DNA of 64,000 bases from positions 479 through 64,478 of the forward strand of contig JAFNIV010000006.1 of NCBI GenBank assembly GCA_017601145.1, given 5' to 3'. Positions 21,171-29,511 of the stretch are shown here, in pieces (within the stretch, counting starts at the first letter, position 1; the number at the start of each line of letters is the position of its first letter). A program made the position numbers and the translations under genes. The notes beneath the pieces are model-generated. The model did no database searches. It worked only from the letters and a program-made list of their open reading frames with translations, and was not told where the DNA came from. The DNA is from Candidatus Brockarchaeota archaeon. Its GTDB lineage: Archaea > Thermoproteota > EX4484-205 > JAAOZO01.

Positions 21171-21188
21171 ATTGACCTTGAGTTTGAA

Positions 21189-22550
21189 ATGGGAACTCCA
21201 ATTGCCCTAACAATAGCTGGAAGTGACTCTAGCGGAGGAGCAGGAATACAAGCAGACTTAAAGACTTTTGCAGCATTGGGAGTTTATGGAGCTTCTGTTA
21301 TAGTGGCAATTACTGCACAAAACACACAACGTGTGAAAAGAGTTTATGAAGTTTCTTCAGAAGCTATAGAGGAACAAATTAAGGCAATTCTTGAAGACTT
21401 TGAAGTTGGCGCAATAAAAACTGGAATGCTCCATAACACAGAAATAGTTTCAACTGTTGCTAGAATATTAAAAGACTTTAAACATCCACTGGTTGTGGAC
21501 CCAGTAATTTTAGCAAAAGATGGAACTCAGCTTTTAAAAGAAGAAGCCATAAAAACGACAATTAAAGAACTCTTTCCAATTGCAACAATCGTTACTCCAA
21601 ACAAGCATGAGGCTGAGAAGCTGACTGAAATTTCAATAAAAAACATCGAGGACATGAAACTAGCTGCAAAAAAGATTGTAGAAAGCTATGGCGCTAAAGC
21701 TGTAGTTGTAAAAGGTGGGCATTTAAATGGTAATGAAGCTGTTGACGTAATTTACTATGAAGGAAAATATAAAGAGCTAAAAACAAGTAAGATAATTACA
21801 AAGAATACTCATGGTACCGGATGCATTTTCTCAGCAGCTATAGCTGCTGAACTAGCAAAGGGAGAAGATATTCAAAAAGCTGTTGAAGTTGCTAAACTTT
21901 TTGTAACTCAAGCTATTGCATATAGCTTAGCTATTGGCAAAGGCCAAGGTCCAACGAACCCTACTTCTTGGCTCCAGCTTCCAGCTGAAAAATACAACGT
22001 TCTAGAAAACATGAAAAAAGCAATTGAAATTTTGGAGGAAAACAGAGAAGTTGCTAATTTAGTGCCAGAAGTTCAAATGAACTTAGTAATGAGTTTACCA
22101 AAACCGTATGCGAAAGACATAGAACATATAGCAGGAATTCCAGGAAGAATAGTTAAGGTTGGAAACAAAGTTAAGGCTTCTTCACAACCAAGCTTTGGAG
22201 CTTCTTGGCATATGGCTAGAGCATTGCTTAAAGTTATGGAATTTGATGAAAACTTCAGAGCAGCTATGAACATCAAGTATAGCAAGAGTATAGAAGACGT
22301 TATTAGATCTGTTGGTTTTTCAGTAATTTCATATGAACGAAGTGAAGAACCTCTAGAACTAAGGAAAAAAGAAGGAGAAAGTATACCATGGTTAGTGGAA
22401 AGAGCAATAAAGAAATCAGGGAAAGTACCAGATGCAGTTTGTGATCTAGGTGATTGGGGTAAGGAACCATTAATCTACGTATTCGGGAAGGATGCTGTTG
22501 AAGTTGCAAATAAAGTTGTTAGGATAGCGAGGGAACAAGGAAGTGGTTGA
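21189..22550 (+). CDS. thiD: Bifunctional HMP/HMP-P kinase (ThiD) fused to archaeal thiamine-phosphate synthase (ThiN domain)
   Basis: The N-terminus LTIAGSDSSGGAGIQADLKTF is ThiD-like. The C-terminal ~180 aa (PEVQMNLVMSL..GIPGRIVKVGNKV..PSFGASWHMARALL) is a ThiN domain, paralogous to the C-terminus of the 23730 gene. Confidence 0.9.
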   Translation: MGTPIALTIAGSDSSGGAGIQADLKTFAALGVYGASVIVAITAQNTQRVKRVYEVSSEAIEEQIKAILEDFEVGAIKTGMLHNTEIVSTVARILKDFKHPLVVDPVILAKDGTQLLKEEAIKTTIKELFPIATIVTPNKHEAEKLTEISIKNIEDMKLAAKKIVESYGAKAVVVKGGHLNGNEAVDVIYYEGKYKELKTSKIITKNTHGTGCIFSAAIAAELAKGEDIQKAVEVAKLFVTQAIAYSLAIGKGQGPTNPTSWLQLPAEKYNVLENMKKAIEILEENREVANLVPEVQMNLVMSLPKPYAKDIEHIAGIPGRIVKVGNKVKASSQPSFGASWHMARALLKVMEFDENFRAAMNIKYSKSIEDVIRSVGFSVISYERSEEPLELRKKEGESIPWLVERAIKKSGKVPDAVCDLGDWGKEPLIYVFGKDAVEVANKVVRIAREQGSG

Positions 22551-23625
22551 AATGAGTGAACTACCAAGACTTGGAAAACTTCCCCCAGATGTATTTGAAG
22601 AAGTGATATACCCAAACCTAGGGTTGGTTGGTTCAGAAGTATTAGTTAAACCAAATCATGGAGTTGACGTAGGCGTAGTTAGTCTAGGAGATATTGTTTT
22701 GATTGTAAAGAGTGATCCTGTTTTTGTTGTCCCTGAGTATGGATGGGAAAGAAGCGCATGGTTTGCTGTGCATATACTAGCAAGCGATGTTTCGACTTCT
22801 GGAGTTGCACCAAAATACTTGGCAATAGACCTAAATCTTCCACAAAGCATGAAGAAAGAAGAGTTTGTAAAACTTTGGAAGGGCATTCATAATGAATGTA
22901 GGAAGCTTGGAGTTGCTGTAGTTACAGGTCATACTGGAAAGTATGAAGGTATCGATTATCCAATGATAGGAGGCGCTACAATGTTTACAGTAGCACAAAA
23001 GGATGGCTACGTAACTACAGAGATGGCAAAACCTGGAGACAAAGTAATAATGACAAAAGGTCCTGCGATAGAAGCTGCAGGAATACTTTCTACAATGTTC
23101 CCAAAATATGTTGAAGAAAAGTATGGAAAAGAGTTTGCTTTAAGAGCAAGAGAACTATTTTACTTACAGAGTGTAGTAGAAGATGCATTAATTTTGGCGA
23201 AGATTGGTTTAAGGAGCGGCGTAACTTCAATGCACGATGCGACCGAGTATGGAGTATGGGGTGCTTTGCATGATGTTGCTAGAGCTAGCAAGGTTGGAAT
23301 AAAAGTGATGAAGGAGAAGCTTTTCATGAAGGAAGAGGTTAAGAAAGTAATTAACGCATTTTCAGAACTTACTGGGATTGAAGCCGACCCATTTGCAGCT
23401 ATAAGTGAAGGCACGTTAATAGCAACTGTAAAACCTCAAAGGACTAGCGAAGCTATTTTAATGCTTAAAGAAAAGGGAATTGATGCTGAAGTGATAGGCG
23501 AGGTTACAGATGAATGTGAAGAAGTTGTACTTATAGAAGAAGGAAAAGAAAGAAATATAGAAAGACCTAAGCAGGATCCTTTCTGGCCAATCTTCTTTAA
23601 GACTATTGAACTACTCAATACTTAA
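22543..23625 (+). CDS. PurM-superfamily (AIR synthase-related; HypE/ThiL-like) protein
   Basis: LPRLGKLPPDVFEEVIYPNLG start and a GVDVGVVSLGD..VKSDP block typical of AIR-synthase-related proteins. The likely start is ATG 22552, 1 nt after the thiDN stop. Confidence 0.7.
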   Translation: MVEMSELPRLGKLPPDVFEEVIYPNLGLVGSEVLVKPNHGVDVGVVSLGDIVLIVKSDPVFVVPEYGWERSAWFAVHILASDVSTSGVAPKYLAIDLNLPQSMKKEEFVKLWKGIHNECRKLGVAVVTGHTGKYEGIDYPMIGGATMFTVAQKDGYVTTEMAKPGDKVIMTKGPAIEAAGILSTMFPKYVEEKYGKEFALRARELFYLQSVVEDALILAKIGLRSGVTSMHDATEYGVWGALHDVARASKVGIKVMKEKLFMKEEVKKVINAFSELTGIEADPFAAISEGTLIATVKPQRTSEAILMLKEKGIDAEVIGEVTDECEEVVLIEEGKERNIERPKQDPFWPIFFKTIELLNT

Positions 23626-23729
23626 TGATAGGAAATCAGGTAGCTGAAAAAGATTTATAAGCAAGAACAAGTTTGAGGCTGTAAGTTAAATTATGTTTAT
23701 AAAACAATAACTAGAAACTTTAACTAATC

Positions 23730-24659
23730 ATGAGACCACCATGTGAACTTGTTAATAAGTTCTACTTACCTCAATTAAGAGCTAGAATAAGTAGAGAACT
23801 CGTAGAAAAATATGGATGGAATATGAGACAGGTTGCTAAAACATTAAAAGTTTCTTCAACTGCAGTGTCAAGATACAAGAGGATAACAAAAGAAAGATCC
23901 AGAATTTCAAGTAACTTCTTAGATGAATTTGCAAAAAACTTAGCTAACAAGATAGCAAAAAATGAAGTTAACGATGAAGAATTCATAAGACAAGTATGTT
24001 CTAATTGTTTAGTTTTAAGGCTTGAGGGAGACGTATGTAAAATCCATAGAAAAGAAATCTTAGAGTTGAAAAATTGCAGAGTTTGCTCTATGTTGTTCGT
24101 AGAAATGGAAAACATTCAAGCTGAAAGGCTTGAAGTAATAGAAGAGTTAAACTCTGCTTTAAAGCTTCTATCGAGTTACCATAACTTTGACTTGCTAATA
24201 CCAGAAGTAAGAACAAACATAGTAATGTGTGTAAAAAGTCCAAAGGGATTACAAGATGTAGCAGCGTTTCCAGGAAGAATAACATCAATCAATGGAAGGG
24301 CTGCTGCACTATCACAACCAGAATTTCAGGCGTCTAAGCATATTTCCAAGATACTTTTAGCAATGAACAAGAAAAACCAAAATGTTAAAGCAAGTATGTG
24401 TATTAAATTTAATGATGAAATAGAAAAAACAATGAAAGAAGCTAAACTTAAGTATATAATAATGGATAGAGCAAAGTATAACGACATAGCGAAATTCATT
24501 GAAGACCTTTCAGATAACTTTGATGCTGTTGTTGATCCAGGAGAGAAGAACGTAGAACCAGTAGCTTACATTTTTGGGAATGGAGCTATAAATGTAGTAA
24601 AGAAAGTCTTGGACTTAACTAAGTTTTTAGAGAAAGAAATTAAGAAAACTACAAGTTAA
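23730..24659 (+). CDS. thiR: ThiR-type regulator: N-terminal HTH domain fused to a C-terminal ThiN-like domain
   Basis: HTH segment (GWNMRQVAKTLKVSSTAVSRYKR). The C-terminus aligns by eye to the ThiN half of ThiDN (PEVRTNIVMCV..AFPGRITSINGRA..PEFQASKHISKILL). This architecture was described for archaeal ThiR. Confidence 0.75.
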   Translation: MRPPCELVNKFYLPQLRARISRELVEKYGWNMRQVAKTLKVSSTAVSRYKRITKERSRISSNFLDEFAKNLANKIAKNEVNDEEFIRQVCSNCLVLRLEGDVCKIHRKEILELKNCRVCSMLFVEMENIQAERLEVIEELNSALKLLSSYHNFDLLIPEVRTNIVMCVKSPKGLQDVAAFPGRITSINGRAAALSQPEFQASKHISKILLAMNKKNQNVKASMCIKFNDEIEKTMKEAKLKYIIMDRAKYNDIAKFIEDLSDNFDAVVDPGEKNVEPVAYIFGNGAINVVKKVLDLTKFLEKEIKKTTS

Positions 24660-24771
24660 AGCAATTTAGACTCCAAAACTACATTAGTTAAGCTAGTATA
24701 CTTAGAAAGCTCTTGCAAAACTTAAAATTTGTTTAAAGCCTCAACAAAGATACTTAGTACCTTGTATGGCC

Positions 24772-26355
24772 CTATTCTATTTTTCCCTTGTACTTAAATT
24801 GTTCTAAGTATCTTCTTTTTACTTCTTTGATTGTAGCTATGTCGTAAGCACTTTTGTCTTCTCGTATTCTAGTGATTCTTGCAAACCTTAAGGCATACCC
24901 ACTACTGTAAGTTGGGCTTCTTTGAATTTCACTGTATGCTACTTCTACGACTATTTCTGGCCTTACGAATACCGTATGTTTGGTTTCTCTAGTCTTTAAT
25001 TCCTGCAATCTTTTTGTCATTTGTTTAAACTCCTCATCAGTTAAGCCCTTAAACGTCTTTCCTACTACTTCAAATTGATTCTTTTCTTCATTCAAGACAG
25101 CCAAATAGTAATCACTTAACCACCCTGTTCTTCTTCCATAACCCCAATCAGCGCCAACTATAACAAGGTCTAAAGTATCAGCTGATTTTAGCTTAAACCA
25201 CTTCTTTTCCCTTGAGCCAGGTATGTAATTACTTCGTAAGGCTTTTGCCATTACACCTTCGTGTCCTTCTCTTATTGCCCTTTCAAAGAAACTCTTTATT
25301 TCATCAACATTAGTTGCTATGATTCTTGGAGCAGTAGATAAGTTTCCAACAATGTCGTAAAGTTTGTTTGTTCTGTTTTCATATGTTTCATCAACAAGAA
25401 CCCTTCCATCAAGATAAAGGAGATCGAAAACATAAAGTTTAAGTTTTATTTCTTTTATCTTCTTCTGGACTTCTTTTATCCTTCCAAACCTTCTCATAAG
25501 TTCTTGAAACGGAAGAGGCTTTCCTTCAGTTCCAATTGCAATGACTTCACCATCTAGGACAGCCTCTTCAGCCTTCAGCTCATTTTTTACTTCCTCACGT
25601 ACGTCAGGTAAACTTTCAGTTACATCTGATAGTCTTCTGCTGTATATTTTAATTTTATTTCCCTTTTTATGAACTTGAACTCTTGCCCCATCGAACTTTA
25701 TTTCCACTGCGCTTTTGCCACCATGTTCTCTTAAAGGTTCTTCAAAGTTATAACTCATCTCTGCAAGCATTGGTTTTACAGGTCTAAAGAGCTCTAAGTT
25801 AGTATTTCTTATCGCGTTTATACCTCCTGTTAAAGCTACTCTTGCAGTTTCTCCTATATCACCTAGAAACATGTAAGCTTTCCTAACTTCTTCTTCGTTA
25901 GCATTAATTGCATAAGCTATTGCCTGTAATATTAGACCTTCTCCAACTCCATGTTGCATTTCTCCAAAGATGTTCTTTATGATATATTTTCTTTCTAGTT
26001 CACTTGCGTTGCTTAGTAACGACTTAAGTATAGATTCCTTCTTTATCCTTGAATTTTTTCCACTTGCACTTGCTATCTCTTCAAAGGCTTTTTTAACATC
26101 TAGTATAGAGAGCCTTCTCTGAAATAGAGTTCCTTGTTTTTTAGTGTTTAAAGCCTTAATTAGCGTTACGTAACCAACTTCTAGCGGTTTTTGCTCTAAG
26201 TCTGAAAAAACTTTTCCAGTAATTAGTAAAGTTGAAGGAGCGACTTCCTCGGGTCGTAGCTTACCTAAAAAGTCTGCAATTATCTTAATTTTTTCGTTCC
26301 TTTTTCTGGTCATGCTTACTTTCTCACAAACTTTAGCAATTTCAATGAACTCCAT
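24772..26355 (-). CDS. lig: ATP-dependent DNA ligase
   Basis: EIKFDGARVQVH (KxDG adenylation motif), EGVMAK and a WFKLK motif. 527 aa. Confidence 0.9.
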   Translation of the reverse strand: MEFIEIAKVCEKVSMTRKRNEKIKIIADFLGKLRPEEVAPSTLLITGKVFSDLEQKPLEVGYVTLIKALNTKKQGTLFQRRLSILDVKKAFEEIASASGKNSRIKKESILKSLLSNASELERKYIIKNIFGEMQHGVGEGLILQAIAYAINANEEEVRKAYMFLGDIGETARVALTGGINAIRNTNLELFRPVKPMLAEMSYNFEEPLREHGGKSAVEIKFDGARVQVHKKGNKIKIYSRRLSDVTESLPDVREEVKNELKAEEAVLDGEVIAIGTEGKPLPFQELMRRFGRIKEVQKKIKEIKLKLYVFDLLYLDGRVLVDETYENRTNKLYDIVGNLSTAPRIIATNVDEIKSFFERAIREGHEGVMAKALRSNYIPGSREKKWFKLKSADTLDLVIVGADWGYGRRTGWLSDYYLAVLNEEKNQFEVVGKTFKGLTDEEFKQMTKRLQELKTRETKHTVFVRPEIVVEVAYSEIQRSPTYSSGYALRFARITRIREDKSAYDIATIKEVKRRYLEQFKYKGKIE

Positions 26356-26629
26356 TCTAAAGTTATAAATTACTTCACAAGAGAGCTATTTAAAGTATTT
26401 TTTAGTTTTTGTGTTCTTCAAGAAATTTCTACAACAAAATGTCATGCCTTTTTTGCACCTATAATATTTTGAAGAGTATTCCTTAAGCTTAGGATAGTTC
26501 TTTAAGAGCAACTTTCGTGAAAATTACTGCAAGGAAAGAAGAGTTCTTGGTTTATTCTTAGCTTAGCGAAACAAAAAATGCTTCGTCAGGATCTCTTACT
26601 ATTCTTGAAAGGCCTAAGTCTTAAATGCT

Positions 26630-26705
26630 CCTTGATTGTTAAAAACAATCAAGGAAAAAATAAGTCTTTCTATAAAGTAATTAGGATTTTTGACTAATCC
26701 TAATT
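26630..26705 (-). terminator. Two perfect hairpins just 3' of the pilus-like operon. Possible terminator or RNA-stability elements.
   Basis: 26630..26654: 11-bp stem CCTTGATTGTT/AACAATCAAGG with a 3-nt loop. 26679..26705: 10-bp stem AATTAGGATT/AATCCTAATT with a 7-nt loop. The operon stop is at 26721. Confidence 0.3.
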
Positions 26706-26720
26706 GATAACAAAGTAATT

Positions 26721-29048
26721 TTAAGGCGATAGACTATAGAGTACTTGAACATTAGATATATTTGGGTTAGATGTTCCCGTGAACATTTTGTAGTACATTA
26801 GGGGAGCATTTATGCCACTACTTTTTCCATAAAGGTAAACTGAATTATCGATATTATCATCATAATAATAATTCCATAGCTGATAATCGTAAACATTAGG
26901 ACCTTGCTTTATTACAACCTTTGAGCCATGAGGGTAAGGATTAGAACAATCACCTCCTTCGTATAACATACCTGCTGCTTTAACATAAAAACTACTGGGT
27001 CCAATTTTGTTAGGATTATTGCTTCCAAAATAAATAGCATCGTACTCCATAACTCTTCTTTGATAGTCTGCTGTTGTCCATATCCATGCCTGATCCTCAC
27101 TATAAGCGTTTAAAGCATTAATCAGTTCATTAGAAGCAAAAATTGTTGTTCCAAAGTTTTTTCGATAAATAGCAAGCCAATTTCCGTAAGAGTAATCCAC
27201 AGTTTTTCCTTTTACAGTTATTCCTCTTTCTCTATGGTTTACATTATTGTAGTCAGAAAATGAACCATTAACTACAATATTGTATGTACTTGAGTATAGT
27301 GAACCATATTTTGTTCTTAAACTAGTTCCATAATCGCCATTGGTACCACTAATCATTCCAATGTAAGTTAAGTAAGGGTTATTTAGAGTAACTGATTTCA
27401 ACCATTTACCTCTAAAAGACCAAGTAAAATAAGTTACGTTGTAAGGAACTGAGATTATCATTGAATGCATAAGTTCGTTTGTATAAACTTTTTTAGTAGG
27501 ATATTCCATTACAATTGTGGAGTTTCTAAAGGCAATTGCTCTTATTGGTCCAACTAAAACAGTCCAATTTCCACCAGTTATTTTATCTGGGAACCAATAC
27601 CCATTTGGCATTTGATAAGCGTCATATCCGAACAAAGTATACTCAGTATGGTAACCATTTCCGATTAGGCTAATTGAATAGTCTATCCAATTACTAAAGG
27701 AAATGTTTGCAACTAACCTTAATGTATATACTCCATTTGAAATATCTACAAATGGACCAGAAGCACTCATGTTTATTTTGTAACTAGGAGGAGAAGAATC
27801 ACAATCGTAAACCCAAGTTAGTCTAACTTTTTGTTGTCTTACGTTGGGGGGAAAATTAACCAAAAATACTACTTTTGATCCATTGAGTGTTCTTCTTCTC
27901 CATTCTGCAAACTTTGGAGTTGGGAAGGAATAATCATTTTTCCAAAGTTCAACTTGATATGGAGCTTCTATGAAGTTACTATTTGGTCCATTAACTGTAG
28001 TATAAACTCTTATTTGCTTTACTGGAATAATTGGCATTGGTGGGCTATAAAGTCCAGAGTTTATTGGCCAATCAAACCAATATAGAGTGCCATTGGGAAG
28101 AAGTTCAAATAGGTAAGTCCCATAAGTTTTATACACGCCACTAGCAAGATATTGCCATTGGATAGCATTTTCATTTATCGTGTACTCTGCTCCACAATAA
28201 CTGTAAGCTTCTGTAATTATTCCTCTATTGTCTACAACTTGAACAAGAATAAAATTATAATAATAATTCCAGAAACTATTTTGTTTATTTTTATTATAAA
28301 AATTTGGGATAAAAGTAACACTATAGTTTCCGTTTCCAAAGTAGCTTAGGGTCACACTTGCTCTCTTCCATGGAAAAACACCAGAAGCAACTGTTGGATC
28401 AAAATACCATACCATAACGTTAGAATTCGTTAAGTCATTAACTGGCCCTTTCTCGCTAAGAACAATTAAGTTAAAATATACCGCAGTATTATCATTTTTA
28501 ATTGGAAGCTGTATTGTTGTGTTTAGAAATATAAGAGCTCTTGTTTTCCAACCATAAAGTTGAAGTTGAGCTGAGTTTATGTACAATGAAGCTTCAATTG
28601 CTGAAATTGCTTGAGGGGTATACCAGTAAAGCTTTGTTAAGTTATAAACGTAGAGTGCAGGTAAGTTCACGCCCCATAAATTTTTACTTGGCTGTAACTT
28701 TACTACATCAAAGCTTGTGTTTAGGTTCAAACCTTTTGAAGAATAAGTTTTTTGAGCTGCTTGGTACCAAAAAGTAAATAGTTGAGAAGCATTCCTCCTT
28801 GGAGAATCAATCTCAGCTGATTGATTGTAGATTTGAGTAGTTAATGCAAGAATTTTTGTCAAGGCATTGTTGAAGTCAGTACTTATACTTTCAACTACTT
28901 CTTTGTAAGGATAATAGGATAAAGTTTGAGTTTTTGATAAGCTTATGTAGGCAAGAACAGCAACAGTTAAAATTACTATAGTAAAAAACAAAGAAATTAT
29001 GATAATTATTTGGCCTCTAGTATTGGTATATTTCAAAGTGTAACTCAA
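26721..29048 (-). CDS. Large (775 aa) prepilin-like surface protein; putative pilus-associated adhesin or minor pilin
   Basis: N-terminus MSYTLKYTNTRGQ|IIIIISLFFTIVILTVAVLAYISL looks like a class III signal peptide. Tyr/Asn/Trp-rich with about 15 N-x-S/T sequons by my count. Last gene of the operon. Confidence 0.6.
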   Translation of the reverse strand: MSYTLKYTNTRGQIIIIISLFFTIVILTVAVLAYISLSKTQTLSYYPYKEVVESISTDFNNALTKILALTTQIYNQSAEIDSPRRNASQLFTFWYQAAQKTYSSKGLNLNTSFDVVKLQPSKNLWGVNLPALYVYNLTKLYWYTPQAISAIEASLYINSAQLQLYGWKTRALIFLNTTIQLPIKNDNTAVYFNLIVLSEKGPVNDLTNSNVMVWYFDPTVASGVFPWKRASVTLSYFGNGNYSVTFIPNFYNKNKQNSFWNYYYNFILVQVVDNRGIITEAYSYCGAEYTINENAIQWQYLASGVYKTYGTYLFELLPNGTLYWFDWPINSGLYSPPMPIIPVKQIRVYTTVNGPNSNFIEAPYQVELWKNDYSFPTPKFAEWRRRTLNGSKVVFLVNFPPNVRQQKVRLTWVYDCDSSPPSYKINMSASGPFVDISNGVYTLRLVANISFSNWIDYSISLIGNGYHTEYTLFGYDAYQMPNGYWFPDKITGGNWTVLVGPIRAIAFRNSTIVMEYPTKKVYTNELMHSMIISVPYNVTYFTWSFRGKWLKSVTLNNPYLTYIGMISGTNGDYGTSLRTKYGSLYSSTYNIVVNGSFSDYNNVNHRERGITVKGKTVDYSYGNWLAIYRKNFGTTIFASNELINALNAYSEDQAWIWTTADYQRRVMEYDAIYFGSNNPNKIGPSSFYVKAAGMLYEGGDCSNPYPHGSKVVIKQGPNVYDYQLWNYYYDDNIDNSVYLYGKSSGINAPLMYYKMFTGTSNPNISNVQVLYSLSP

Positions 29049-29511
29049 TCACCTGAAGCTTTTTGTTGGTATAAATAACATCAGCTGAAGAAACAACAGC
29101 CATAATATTGGAGCTGCTTATGTTACTTATTTTTATCTTATTAAGTTGAACTTTTCCAGTTATATTAAGCATTTTCCCAGGAGAAACACTGTAGGTGTAG
29201 TTGTAAACTGTAAGGTTGTAGAAGAGGTTTGGAGGAACTAAAGAACTAAGAATAATGTTCATTTCATACTCCCAACCACTTCTAAGATTTCCATTAGGCT
29301 GAAACATAATGTTTTCAATAACGTTTCCTCTTATTAAAGTAGTTAAAATACCATAAGCTAACTTCTCATTACTTTCTTTTTGATTTAAGCTTATTACACT
29401 TATGTCTTTTACCATAGCAGATCCTACTGCTAGTGCTCCAAGCATTAGCAAAGAAGCTATCGTAGCTTCTATCACTTTGGTTTGTCCCTTATTGTTCATT
29501 TTAAGTTTCAA
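29017..29511 (-). CDS. Prepilin-like protein (class III signal peptide)
   Basis: MKLKMNNKGQ|TKVIEATIASLLMLGALAVG: a basic leader, KGQ, then a hydrophobic helix. 4-nt overlap with the upstream gene. Confidence 0.65.
   Translation of the reverse strand: MKLKMNNKGQTKVIEATIASLLMLGALAVGSAMVKDISVISLNQKESNEKLAYGILTTLIRGNVIENIMFQPNGNLRSGWEYEMNIILSSLVPPNLFYNLTVYNYTYSVSPGKMLNITGKVQLNKIKISNISSSNIMAVVSSADVIYTNKKLQVIELHFEIYQY

Noticed and set aside
26912-27100. 62-aa minus-strand ORF nested in another frame of the 775-aa gene
   Set aside because: It is an out-of-frame internal ORF within a long continuous coding frame, with no independent start context.
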